64,000 bases of DNA, taken from NCBI GenBank assembly GCA_043228905.1, contig JBHGNT010000005.1, positions 23,436,001 to 23,500,000 on the forward strand, written 5' to 3'. Of this stretch, positions 29,788-43,300 are shown one piece after another. Numbering within the stretch: position 1 is the first letter of the stretch; every line of letters starts with the position of its first letter. The notes beneath the pieces are model-generated. The model was not told the origin of the DNA and did not search any database. It saw only the letters and a list, made by a program, of their open reading frames with translations. This DNA is from Azolla caroliniana. Taxonomy: Eukaryota; Plantae; Polypodiophyta. The position numbers and the translations under genes were made by a program.

Positions 29788-30262
29788 TACGTGCATTCGC
29801 ATTCGCGCATGATTCAATCATTCGAATAAGGTAAACACCCTCAACGTATGGTAAAATACCATACTTTTGTATATTCCTTATTTATTATAAGGTAAATTTT
29901 TTTTAAGGTAAAAAAAATGTATTCTTTTAAAACAAAACATAAGAATGTTTTGATAACATACGCATTCGTTTTTGCATGCGTATGAAAAGGGAATGTTTGC
30001 CCATGCATTCGAGTATATTACGTGCATTCTCATTCGCGAATGCTTCAATCATTCGAATAAGGTAAACACCCTCAACGTATGGTAAAATACCATACTTTTG
30101 TATATTCCTTATTTATTATAAGGTAAATTATTATTTTTTAAGGTAAAAAAAATGTATTCTTTAAATAAAAAAAACATAAAAATGTTTTGATAGCATACGC
30201 ATTCGTTTTTGCATGCGTATGAAAAAGGGAATGTTTGCCCATGCATTCGAGCATATTACGTA
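29788..30262. repeat. Tandem duplication (~231/238 bp) in the MAPK upstream region
   Basis: Near-identical units start TACGTGCATTC at 29788 and 30019. Confidence 0.92.
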
Positions 30263-30899
30263 CTATGATGTATGCATCTATCTACCTATCTATCTTTTAT
30301 CTTTTATGTGTCTCTCTATCTATTTTTATCTTTATCTATCTCTCTATCTATCTTTAATCCATGTCCGGGGAAGAGAAAACAAACCTCACAAATGATATAC
30401 CCCTCTACCTCAGACTCGACCCGTTCGGCATCATTTCCCCGCCATTTCCTGGCTCTACTCTCACTTGCCCCATTATGTGGGCATCGTGTTTCATCCCCAG
30501 CCCATGAGCGAAGCTCACTCGACGGCATTATGGACACTCGATGCCAGCTGTAGAAAGAACGAAGAACTCCTCATGCAGTACACTTTGTTTGACTCGCCAA
30601 AGGGCATCGAGAAGAGATGATGGAAACGCCCTTAGGCAGCTGCTAATTCATCCCTCGGTTGGGAAGCACCCAATTGAGTGTGTCTGACTTCATACGAAAA
30701 GCTCTGAGACCAATCCTTGATGAAGAACGCATGCGGTATGCTCCGTTTGAATAACCAAAGGTCATCAAAAGAGATTATGGAAACAATGTATTACTCAAGA
30801 GTAAATATTGAGAGAGAGATAGATAGATAGATAGATAGATAGATTATATTATCGTCTTCGGAGGTCAAATATGACCTATGAGACCAAAAATATTACATT

Positions 30900-33800
30900 T
30901 CACGTGATATGTGTGAAAGTGAGTAGTGACTCTCGATGTTCAAGAACTTTACCAATGAATGTTGCAATCGAGAGTGCACATTGTGGTTGTGAGAGGAATT
31001 CATGCAAAGATTGGGCTCGATCGAAGAGATGTGTAAAGCATGGTCGAATATGATCAAAGGCAGAGCATTGTATCAAAGTGTGATACTCAGACTCGCGAAC
31101 TTGTTTAGGGCAAAGTGCGCATAACCGACCACTCTCATCACTTGTACCCCAACGCCCTGTTTCACATCGCAATGCATGTGAGCTAAGTCGCATGGAAGCA
31201 ATGGTTTGAATGGAAGATAACGGTATGGGCTCTAACATGTATGGATGTGTACGATTTCCCCGTTCCGCGAAGAATATGGTTTTGTAGTTAGGTGCAACAT
31301 GTGTAGTATAATGTGTGAAGCGTGAGCCTCCACATTTGTCCCATGTCATGATACATTGGCGTTGCAAAAATGCCTCATTTACAGAGGAATCTAATGATGC
31401 ATCATGAAGCAAGTGTCTCGCATCCCATCTACCAAACCATTTTTCTATATCTTGCATCCAACCAGAACACAAAATTTTGCTTTTATGCGTCTTTTGGATC
31501 TTTTTGCTTGCTTCCCACGCAATTCTAGGAAGTCGATGTGAGGGACTTTTTTGAACCTTAAGCATGTATTCAACAACCCTTTCCATGGCCATGATCTCAA
31601 TGGGAAGCGATCCCGTCTCAAGGAGGAGGAGGGTGTAGGGCGTTTGTTTCTTAACTTGTAGAAACTTGGTAAGAAAATGCTTTTGAACATTTTCAAACTC
31701 TTTCCACATAGATTTAGGGATGCTACCGCCCCATACTTCCACCCCATAGAGAAGAACCGGTGTCACCAAAGTGTCGAAAAGATATTTCTTGAGGACCCAA
31801 CACTTAATATCTCCAAGATTGCATGTGTTCTCAAATGCATAGTATGCTCGCTTGCCCGCCTCTAAGCGGCGTGTAGCACATTCATTCCATCTATGATTTG
31901 AAGGAACTTCAAGGCCAAGATATTTGAAGCTTTCCACACATTCAAGTGGCTCATTGTTGTACATAATGCATGGTTTATCTCTTTTTTGGCTCTTCACAAG
32001 CATAATCTTTGTTTTAGAGCTATTGACACTTAATTTAGTATGCATGCAAAATTTTTTCCAATGCCTTCATAAGCTTTTGTGCATCTCCTAAAGTATTTGC
32101 AAAAAGCACTACATCATCTGCATATAGCAAAAGCATAATCACAACATTCCCAATGGCAACTTCTTCAACACATTTTTCCTTTGCAAACTTGGTAACCATT
32201 TCTTCCAATTCATCAATGCATAGACCAAATAGTGTTGGTGAGAGTGGGCATCCTTGCTTAACACCAATAGTGCTTTTGAAAAAATCTGAAAGTTTATCTC
32301 TCATGCGCACACAACATATAACCTTCTCATAAATTCGGGAAATTGCAAGCATATATTCACTTGGCACCTCAAGTTCTTCCATTCGCCTCCAAAGATGCTC
32401 ACGAGCTACCATATCAAAAGTTTTCTTGAAGTCTGCAAAGCAACAATATAAACCTTTACCTCTAAGGCGACTTTCCTCCGTTAATACTCGAAGGGTGATA
32501 AGGTGATCAATGGTGCTATGGTGTTTCCGAAAGCCAGCTTGTCCATAAGCTCTCTTACCACTTTTTTCAGCCCATACACTTATCTTTGATTCCATTATAC
32601 ATCCAAATAGTTTTGCCATTAATGAGCCAACCATGATGGTTCGATAGTTGTTTACATTATTTATATCTCCACCTTTATGTAAAGGTTTGATCCAATTTGT
32701 AGTCCAATCGTACGGCATACCATGTTGCAATGCATCATTAAACATATCGCTTATCCATATATGTGCTTCCTTTCCCGTCCATTTGAGCATTTCAGCCTTT
32801 ATACATTGAAGATCGCTTGCCTTTCGAGAGGCCAATTTCTTAAGTCCTATGCATATATCTTCAATTGTAAAGAAGGGAGGCATATGTGAAAGAGAACCAT
32901 AACACATCATCTTTCCGGCAAGAGATAACTCATATAAATTCTTACAATGCATAGACAAGTCGTGAAGAGTTAAGTCACCATAACTCTCAACACGTTTTCC
33001 CTTTAGATTTCCCCAAAATTTAGCACATGCATGTGCTTTCTCTTGCGTTTGGATAAGTTGTTGAGTAACTTCCCATATTCTTCTCTTTCTTTGAATAAGC
33101 CTTTTATACTCATGCAAATGATTTTGGTAATTCTCTTTATCCTTAACTACATCCAAAACCATAAGGCACTTTCGAGCTTCATGACATTCTTTATCAAACC
33201 ATTTTTTCCTAAGTTTCTTGGTGCATTTCCAAGATGTGCGATTGGTCGAAAAACATTTGTTTGTACATGAGAGAATGACTTTCTTGAAAGCTTCCCATTT
33301 GCATTCTAGTGTGGCACCATGTTGTATCTTTGTCATTTGTAACATATCCTCAACCATCTTGGAATACATGGGTGCTCGCTTAAGGTTCATGCTCAAGTGC
33401 GGTTGTTTATTATCTTCAATAGCCTTCTCACAATCAAACCTATGCATACATTTGAGATCGATACATAAAGGCCTATGATCGGATTCCGGTGTCCATTCAC
33501 CAAGTGAGAATTTATGTATACGATCCAAAATACATTCGGAAAGTAGCACATAGTCAATCACACTATTTCCATTGTGTTTTCTACATGTAAAACCATTAGT
33601 GTTGGGCCATAAGGAAATACCATTTGCAATAAGCAATCCGGTACTATTGCACATTTGTAGGAGTAACTTCCCAAATTGGTCCGGATCTTTTTCATCGCTA
33701 GAAGAGCGGTTATACATTTGCATATCCTCTTGCATCCTTGAGATATGTGGCATGAAAGATTCTTGTGAATCAAGTTGGAAACTTCTTGTACGAGCATTCA

Positions 33801-34275
33801 TGTCACCAAAGACAATAACTTCCCCTTTGGATTTGAAATAAGCAATATCATCTTCTAGATTGGCAAACGGTTGATCTTTATCCAAACAAGCATAAAAGTT
33901 AGAATCTTGATGAGGGATGTAACATCCAACTACAAAAGTGGGCAAATCATTAGGTGTTTCTATTTTGAGCCATATGTAGCATTTATTTTCATCATTTTTT
34001 ATGATTGACACATATTTCTCTATTTCCTTCTTAATCAAACATGCCACCCCTCCTTGTCCTCTTCTTTGTCTTGGATTTTTCTTCCATATCAAAGAGTGTA
34101 CATTATAGTTTCCTAAACCTTGAATCCTTTGAGTATCATGCTCCCATGTCTCAACAAGAAGTGTGATATCCGAGTCATCGGTGAACTCCTCTATGCCAAA
34201 TCCCGCATTCCATGGGTATCCATTGCAATTCCAAAAGCATAGTCGTAAAAGGCGTGGGTTATTCTCATAGATCAT
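30900..34275 (-). pseudogene. LINE ORF2p (endonuclease-reverse transcriptase) with a single +1 frameshift near 32052
   Basis: WNCNG, ETW, GDMNAR, IDYVL and SDH; QAGFR, GVKQGCPLSP and YADD; ETGRW..LCALC..ESEYHTLIQC. Removing one A from the A6 run joins the 746-aa and 381-aa ORFs. Confidence 0.9.
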
Positions 34276-34281
34276 GTGTCC

Positions 34282-35151
34282 CTATTTGCCTACATTTCCA
34301 TCTTTAGGCACATCCTTAACCTTGTTTTTCAATCTTTCTTCATATGCTTTACGACGAGCATTTTGTTGTGAGATAGTACGATCTTCACTCACAAAGCATT
34401 GTGTACCTTTGAGGTATACCCAACTATTTTCGAGTATGATCCACCGCTTTGTATCATCTGTCATTGTGCATACAATAGGCCTTTCTCCGGAGCGACTAAC
34501 ACCATGTTTCCCAACTCGGTGTGCCCCATATACATTCACATCTGACATCCCATAATGCATGCTAAAAAATTCACCAATGGCCTTTCCAAGGGATGCGGGT
34601 GTTTCAATACTCTCTTCTTTAATCCCACGGATGACAATGTTCTTTGATCGTCGTTCACGTTCTTTCAATTCTCGGACATCTATGTTTTCGATATTCTTCT
34701 CTTGATGCATCACATGCATATTAGATGAGTTTGATAGCACATCCCCACCACATACATCGGCCCATGACTTCGTTGTACATACATTTTTCATCTCACTTAC
34801 ATCCCGCCTCATCGTGTCCAATTTTTCTTCTTTTAATGCTTCCTTTAACTCAATCTTGTTAAGGCGCTCATTTGTTTCAAAAGAAGCTCTTTTACATTCT
34901 TGAATCTCTTCTTGAAGTTTTGCAACCACTTGTTTAAGACTTTCATTCTCAATGACAACACTTTGGAGCTTAGTATTCTCTTTCATTAACGTCCTAATCT
35001 CTTCACCTTGCTTGTTTATGGTTTCTTGAAGAGAAATCAAGTGACTCATAAGCATTTTGTCCATTGCATTAGAATCAAGATTTGTTGGTGATCTCGGCTC
35101 ATTATCAATTATACCCCCAAACTTTGCGGCGGTTTTACGAGTATTTGCCAT
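34282..35151 (-). CDS. LINE ORF1p (coiled coil plus RRM-like domain), 289 aa
   Basis: Heptad-rich N-terminal half, then KNIVIRGIKE, AHRVGK, RPIVC and FVSEDRT. Ends 6 nt before the ORF2 ATG. Confidence 0.85.
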   Translation of the reverse strand: MANTRKTAAKFGGIIDNEPRSPTNLDSNAMDKMLMSHLISLQETINKQGEEIRTLMKENTKLQSVVIENESLKQVVAKLQEEIQECKRASFETNERLNKIELKEALKEEKLDTMRRDVSEMKNVCTTKSWADVCGGDVLSNSSNMHVMHQEKNIENIDVRELKERERRSKNIVIRGIKEESIETPASLGKAIGEFFSMHYGMSDVNVYGAHRVGKHGVSRSGERPIVCTMTDDTKRWIILENSWVYLKGTQCFVSEDRTISQQNARRKAYEERLKNKVKDVPKDGNVGK

Positions 35152-35459
35152 TGAAGGGACAAACCCTACGGGAAAAGAGAGACAGAGAGGGAAGGAGAGA
35201 GAATGTACCTTTCACTCGATTTAGGGCTTCAAAATCTACCTTCCGTTTGAGGAACCGTGGGGTAAAGATGGCTGCGGATGAAAATGCTCATAACTTCTCG
35301 CTACGGTAACGGAATTCAGTAAATGAAAATTCTTTAGAAAGCTCTCTCAAAGAGCTTTCCAACGAGCTATAGAACGTAGAAAACGATGGCCGGAGTGAAC
35401 TTACAGAGAGCTTTGAAAGAGAAGTTTAGGAGAGAGAGAGAGAGAGAGAGAGAACTTTG

Positions 35460-36350
35460 TAACTCATTACAAAATGAAATTCTCATTTTTTCTCAAATGT
35501 CACATTGGCATAGAAAAGGGAAGATTGTTAGGATCTCAATTCAATCGTTTATTTTGGGGATTGTAAATTTGGGAGATGTGATTGATAATGAATCTCAAAG
35601 GTTGTTAGAATTTGAAGATGCCAAAAGATGGTTATGTATTCCCCCAAATTATGATATGAATTTATTTGGGAGAAATTACAATATATAACATTGTTGCATG
35701 GATCATTGCCAATGAAAACAAATGTTCCACCTTGGGTAGATTGGCGATTAAAGGATGGTACACGCTTGTTACAAGTCACTACAAATATATTGTATCATCA
35801 TTCAATGGCATCATTATTTTGGATATTACCTAAAGCAGAAAAGGTGTGGAATGTATCCAAGTCAATTGCAAGGTGGTGACCAAATTTGAAACGTGGTTGG
35901 CATTCCCATTTACCATTTCATGCAAAGGTATTCATATGGAGAGTCATGATTGGTGGGCTTCCATTATATTTAGCCTTAAAGACACGAGGACTAGGGTCAA
36001 GTAGGTGCTTCTTTTGCACCATTCCGTTGGAGGACAAAACACATAGTTCATTAAATATCCTAAAACGCATATCATTTGGAAGTACTTATCGGATATTTGA
36101 CAAGTTTTAACCCGTTGTTATTTGAGGCCTCTACAATGGGTTTTTTCTTCGTATGTTCGAAATTGTCTAAATGACAAGCTGGAGATATTGTTCCAATTTT
36201 TACGATATTGGAATATGTGTAATGCTTTCATGTTAAAAGACAATTCTTATGTGGAATTTCTGGATGTTATAGCATGTGGGGATCATTTTCTTAAGTGTAT
36301 ATTCAGGTTTTCTAATGGCTTTATAGGATATCCCTTTCCTTACATAGGAT
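35460..36350 (+). mobile_element. Old L1 ORF2 C-terminal (zf-RVT) fragment
   Basis: WHSHLPFHAKVFIWRVMIGGLP..RCFFC..ED..H. Confidence 0.65.
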
Positions 36351-37300
36351 AGGTAGGTAGAGAAGACTAAGAAGTTGTAAAAAATGGATTAACAATTAAT
36401 ATAATCGTGTGCCTTCACAAAAAAAAGCAAAGAGAGAGAGAGAGAGATCTCTCCGCATGGCCCGAAATTTTGTTTGTCCCTTGAACTGCCCTTGGTCAAC
36501 CATGAAAAAAGCAAGTATATGTGCATTCACCCTTTTTTCTCAATTGTGTGTTTGTTGAGTGAATAGAATTATAGATGATGAATTTCTCCCCTTTTTCGCT
36601 TTTACCTTACATAAATCCACTAGCATTGGGTAATGTTTACAACTATCACTCCATTACATTGAAATGTTTATTAGATTTGGATGCTTTATATTAAATGTTT
36701 AAAATTGATTAAAACATTATTTGTGACATTGCTTTGTGTTTTAAGTAGGGTAGTACATGTCATGTGTGTCAACTAAGGATATAGGACAATATAAAGTAGA
36801 GCAAATAAGTTAATAACAACAATGACATGTGTGACTCACGGGATTTCAAATTATTTTCAAAACAAGCTATGGGACCAAAAGCATAAATTAACAATATAGC
36901 CTGGTTGTGTAAAATTGTAAATATTATAATTTTATTCTTTTTGGATAGAAGGAATTGGTGATAGTCCATCTCTTGACAAATAATTGCGTCTCCACGATCG
37001 ACGCACCCACCTTAAGATACAAATATACTAAAGATCTTCTTTTTTCATGAAAAATTAACCCATCAACCATCTCTTGCAAGGTAGAAAATAGAAGTTTTCT
37101 TAGTTTAATGTAGTTTCCATTTTTTAGCTTGTTTCTTAGAATCTATCGTTTTGTAGAAGTCAACTTTGAAATATTGTGTATGAACCCTAAATTTGTGTAG
37201 GACGATTTTCTTTGTCTCATACTTAAAATATTGTTTTGTGAAATTTGAATAGAGGAATAAATACGAACATTTCATAGGATGCTACTTAATACCACTTTGT

Positions 37301-40300
37301 GGCTCGGTAGCGTGCATTGTGCAGGTTGCAGAAGAGAGTGCCCGCATGCAGCAAATCGTTGACAAGTAGCTGTTTTCGAAGCCAAGCAAGACAACGTCAT
37401 AGGTAGCGAAGGTAGTGATGGCGGGGTTTATGGTTGTAGAGAGTGCCCCGAACGCAGCAGAGCGGTACCGAGTTTCCCTACTCCTCATGAGTAAGGTATG
37501 TATCTTCAATTAGAGTGTAAGGTTAGTAGTGGGGCTACATAGGGACAACTAAACATGGTGGTGAATGAGCCATCAGTGGGCAATAAAGCCTCAATGGTGG
37601 CAGCTAAAGCATCGGCGGCAAGGGGGCCGATGGGACGATGGGTGGAGTCGGGGTATGCATTGCAAGGGACGAGTAAGAATTGGGAGAAGCAAGCAAAGAT
37701 TTTGGGACAAAGGAAAGCAAACAACATGTGGAAAGATGTAGGGAAACACATTAGTGGAGGAATTAGCAAGATATGCAAGGAAGTGGTGAATCAAACAGAT
37801 AATGGGGGATTGTTGGAAGAGGAGGTTAGGGCTCTTGCCAGCGGTATGGCGGTGGCCGCCTTCACATTTGATTGTAGAGAGGACTCACGTGTTTGGGGAG
37901 AGTCAGAAGCTTGGAATAAAGAGGTCAGCATGCAAGAGGAGGGGGGAGATCTCCCCAACCTTGAATTATGGCATATGGAGGGTGTGGGAGTAGAAGAGAG
38001 GCAACGGGGACTGCAAGGTGGGTTGTCTAAGGGGCTAGATGTTGAGGAAATGGAGGCCACCAAGGACATGATGCAGGTGGAGAATCTGTTGAATGAGTGT
38101 GGTCAAGCGCATAATGCATGTTGGAGAGGAGATTATGATAAGCAATTGGAAAAGAAGGAAAGCTCTGAGATACTTCATGTTTTTCTGTTCGTGGAAGAAA
38201 GTGAAATCTTAAATACGGAGATTAGAAGGTTAAAGAAGTGTTCGTTCATTTGCAAACTACTTGGTGGTAGGCCTAGTAGGGGTATGGTTCGCAACATGTT
38301 ACATATAGCTCTAATGGATAGGGCCCCACAAATAAAGAATGTGGATAATATGGGACGCAATTTCTTTCACATTGAAGTGGCGAAGGGGAGTAATATATCA
38401 CAAATTCTTGATATGAAATTTGTTGAGCTCAAATATGGAAGAGCTCCCTTGTTGGAATGGCATCCTAATTTCAATGTTATGGAGGAAGCCAAGAAACTTG
38501 GTAACCCCATGGTGATATCTATGGTATTTCCTAATCTTCCGTGACAATTATACCCCTTGATGCCAAAGGTTGGGGCAAATATTGGCATAGTCTATCCTTT
38601 AAAGGCAACCATGGTAGACAAAATCAGAGACTCCCCTAAGATTAGGGTGCTTGTGCAAAGTTTGTACTCACTCCCCTCTATAATCAGGGTGCATGATGTG
38701 GAGGCAAGATTGATAGATGTGGAAGTGGAATATGAGGGACTACCTGGTCAATGTTTCTATTGTAAAAAAAAGGGTCACATCGTTAAGGAATGCCCTAGGA
38801 AGATCAATAATAACATAAAGGGGGAGAAGCTTAAGGGGCCAATAGCTAAGCAAGAGAAGATAGGGGTGGCAAGACAAAATACTCTCAATGGGGTTGAGAA
38901 TGTGCAAGTTAATGCCAACGTCTGGACTCTTGTTTGGGGACGTAAAAATGGATTGCAACAAGAAGGAAACACAACTTCACCTCATGTAGATTTGAGGAAT
39001 CGTTTTGAAGTGTTGCAAGAATAGGAGGTCCTATTACACGATCAAAGGACAACTAATGTGGAAGAGGTGGTAGCGTGCACACCCGATGTCTTACTAAACA
39101 ATACACAACTCAAACAAGAAAATGGCATGAGCTCCCCCTCCTCCATTGGTAAAAGTGGAAGTATTGGATTGAGAGCAATGAAAGAATGGTTACGCAATGG
39201 GAGATGTCAAGAAAGCTCATCCACCACTTCCGAATTTCAGAAGTCGCAAGAGTCGCGACAAGTAGGGAGGCACCTGTCAGAGTTTTTGTCAATTTTGTTA
39301 GGTCCAAAAGTTCGGAAAGGGGCACACTAGGCATGGGGCGAGTTTAGCCATCAGGCTCTCACGAGACTGACTGATTTGTGTCATGAGGAAGCCCTAGGGC
39401 TGAGGTTTTATGTGATTATTGCTGAACGAAACAAGTTGCCGAAAGTAGGCTTCTCATTTGACCTGATGGACTTGGAGGTTTCGGCTAGCTGTCAAGAATA
39501 GTACTAAAGCAGAGATGGAATTAGTACTAAGAAGAGAAGTACTATTAGTACTAAGAAGACGGGACTGCGTGAGATTCCCGAGAGAGGAAGTGAGAAGAGG
39601 AGAGAGAGAAAGATGATGACAACAACTAATATATTATGTGAAAAGATAAGTACAAAGCGGCTAAGAGGCTTAAGACTGGCGTTGAACCAATTTGGTTCAA
39701 CATAATGTCTAGTGCCTTCTTTTATAGTGTTGTCAGGAGTAATCCTGAAACTTCTAGAATGTTCCAGAGAAATCTGGAATATACATTACTTTCTTATAAT
39801 AAAACATAAATGAAAATAATATCTTATGAATTACAATAGATGGTGTGATGGTTAGGAGCTCGACCCATATACCATAAGGTCATGGGTTCAAGTCTTGCCA
39901 TATCATGACACTAGCAGCATGCCACGGATCTCCAAGCTCCATAGAAGTCAAGGCGCACAAATACTTTAACAGCCTGCCGATCACCTTGAGTGGGGATAAG
40001 TAAATGTCGATGTGGATGAATGCTGGAATGATATGTGGGAGTTTCAACGATGCTTGCATTAAAAAGCAGCTACTATTATGCTTAGAGGAGAATGTAGACT
40101 CCCTCGATGAGGTGTTACACTTCCATGAGGAGGAACTGGAAGAAGATATAAGGCAGGATGTGGTGTTAGGATGGGAGAAGATCAATGAGGGAGGTTGGGC
40201 ATGGACTCAGGGGGGAAGGACTTTGTCCTTCTTGGGAGACCTCACAATTGATTTCATGAAATTAATCACGTGGAACATACAATGTCTTGGTGGAAGCAAA

Positions 40301-43300
40301 TGCATGATGGAAAGGAAGAACTTCTGTCAGGAGTTCAAATCCCTGTGCTTTAAGGGGATCCCGGACATTTTGCTCTTGCAAGAGCATCATTTGAGTGTGG
40401 ACAAAATCTTGAGTATTGGCAATCCTCTTGAGGGGGATTGGCATACTTTTTGGTCCCCAGCTCAAGGTGAGCATGGTAGAAAAGGAGTGTTTGTACATCT
40501 ATTAGGAACAATCTGGATATTGTTGTCGTGGGTCAGGACACCATAGTGGAGGGACATGCCATTTATGTGACTGTCAGATGGCACCCAATTCGTTAGCTTT
40601 GCGGACCCTTTTTTGGAGGTAATTGGCTGATGGCTTGCCATTTGCAGATGTGTGGATCCTTGCAGGGGATTTTAACATGACTTTGCACTTAGAGGACAAG
40701 GTGGGTGGCACTCATACAGTGGTCCAGGGGTCAGAGTTGGTTGCATGGGATTTGTTGATGGGATGATTAGGAGTGAAAGATGCGTGGTATGTACTAAAAA
40801 AGCCTCGGAGTTTGCCAAGCTTTTCAAGAGAAGGCAGTAGTATAAATGTCTTTTGCATGTCTTGCATAGATAGAATACACATAAGTTCAGAACTTGAAAA
40901 ATATGGTAACAATGTTGAAATAATCGCTGGTTCAACTTACTCTGATCATATGCCGGTTAAGATTACATTAGTCAACCAGAGGAGGCCAAAAAGAGACTGC
41001 AACCTGAGGATCAATAGTAAGCTTTTTGAGGATGCAGAAGTGGGAAGAAAGATAAGGAGCATATGGGCAAGTAATCCAGCTAGTTGTGGTGCACTTGAGA
41101 CACTTAGAGGGAAGATTATTGAAACTTCAATGTATTTGCACGTTGAGACTAAAAACAAAATTGCGAAGTCTAAAGAAAGAGAAGTGGGATTAAAAAGATC
41201 GTTAGCAGTTGCCCAAAGAATGCTTTAGAAAGATCCCACGTGTCAATGGTCTAGAGCAGGTCTTGAGGTTGCTAGAGAAACGCTACAACGGTTGATTATG
41301 TCTAGAAACACGATGTTTTTCAGGAGTTCCGCGGCATGGTGGAGCAAGAATGGGGATAAGGTAAATCAACAATTTTTTAAGTATAAAAAGCCGAGATCTA
41401 GCTATAGTTACAATCCTAAGCTGATTAAGGAGGATGGATCAATGTCGGAGGATGTATCAGAGATCATGGAGGCAGTCACAACTCACTATCGTGGGCTACT
41501 CTCATACAGTTATAATATCCCTAAACAACCTAATCTGATCGAATTTGTATTGGAGGGTATGCAAAAAAGAATTTCAAAGGTTGCACAAGTTAATTTGTCA
41601 AGGCCACTCTTGGAAGAGGAGGTGTCAGATGCTTTGGCGGGTATATGTAGAACGTCCTGTCCAGGCATCGACGGATTATCAAGAGATTGTTTTGAAAATT
41701 TTTGGGAAGTGATTAAGGTTGACTTGGTTGATGGTCTTAATGAGGCATGGGTTGTTGGACGCTTACCTGAGCATTTTAAAGAGGGGCTGATATTTCTAAT
41801 TCCAAAGGTACAGGGTCTAATAGTTGATGCAAGGCAATGGAGACCGATTACGTTGCTCAACACAATATATAAGATTTTTGCCAATATTTTGGCCAAGAGG
41901 GTCAAACCCCACTTGAATGCACTAATTAATGTTGGACAAACAGGATTCATGGAAAATAGATGCATAATTGATAATGTGTTGACCTTTTGGGAGGCGATTG
42001 CCTTGGCAAAGAAAACCAATCAACATATTGCATGTCTCATGCTTGACTTCGAGAAAGTGTATGACAGAGTACAATGGCCTTTTTTAGATAAAGTGATGGA
42101 GAGGTTGGGACTACCCTCAAAATGGAGATTGGCAGCGTTAGCCCTTTACGAAGGAAGTTTGAGTAGGGTGATGGTGTCAGGACATCGAGGCTCACCAATT
42201 CCATTATGCAAGTCTGTCAAGCAAGGGTGCCCGTTGGCCCCCTATATTTATTTATTGTAGAGGCATTCTCTTTCTTTTTAGACAGACTAGATGCAGGAAT
42301 AAGGGGATTAGTTGTCCCACATGCGAGCAAGGAGTTGTTGGACTCATCATACGTAGATGACACTATGCTCTATCTAGAAGGCAATGGCTGTTAAATATTT
42401 GAGTTTTTTGGTGGGAGTTGAGATACCTAAAAACCAGCAACTTGAGCAACTGAAAGACAAAATCAGAAAAAAACTTCGGTTATGGGCATCGGTAAAGCTT
42501 TCTCTTGCAGGTGGGGTGGTCGTGGTAAACCACATTTTGTTAGCCACCATGTGGCACTCGGTGTCATGTTGGGTGTTACACAAAACTTGCATCAAAAACA
42601 TTAAGGCAATGGTGAGAGGGTTCCTATGGTTGGGTAGAGATCATGAGACGCTATTAGCTAAAGTGGTGTGGAGTTGCTTGATCAAGGCGAAAAACCAGGG
42701 TGGACTTGGGTTGGTGGATCCAGGTCACCAAAGTAAGGCTTTACTCGGTAAGCTACTTGTGCGAAGTTTACAACTTGAACTTGAATTGTGGAAGATGCTT
42801 CTTAGGGACAGAGCTGACCTTTGGTGTCCAAGGAATGGCGGCCCTTGGAAGGCAAAGATGTGGTGGTTGTTCAATCCAAATCTAAAGATGAAAGTACCAG
42901 CTAGCATGGAGGACAAGGTGGTACGTGCCATAGTGATGGCCTGGTCAAGTGTAAGAGAAGGGTTGGTCTTAATGCAACTGAAAACATTGGAGGAACAACT
43001 CTGACAACTGCTATTTTGGAACGCTAGGATTAGAAGCGAAGACGGCATGATGCTTGGATAAAAAAAATATTTGCCATGGGGGCACATGTTAGGGTACAAT
43101 GTTAGTTTAGTAAGAGATTGGGATGTTTTCAGAATGAAGAGGAGTGAGGATAAGTTTGGTAGCATTTCTGGTAGGCTTGAGAAGGTGACCCAGTTGATGA
43201 ACAAGGTTGTTGATGGTCTGGAAAGGTTGAATAAGGAAGAGGGGGTTTGGTCTGGGTGGTTTATAGGTGAGAGTGATGGACAAATTATCCGTGGCAAGTG

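Larger units (their letters stand above)
30811..35451 (-). mobile_element. Near-intact full-length RTE-X-like LINE (lineage A)
   Basis: ~280-nt 5' UTR, ORF1, ORF2 (APE endonuclease-RT-C-terminal Cys/His motif), 3' stem-loop and (TCTA)n tail. (TC)n lies on both sides. Confidence 0.88.

Noticed and set aside
30316-30790. Small gene upstream of the MAPK
   Set aside because: The ORFs are short, with no recognisable motif or splice structure. It is probably a decayed TE fragment and cannot be assigned.
32045-32060. Programmed ribosomal frameshift in LINE ORF2
   Set aside because: It falls inside the RT domain, and the related lineages B and C read through this point in one frame. A single-base insertion is the simpler explanation.
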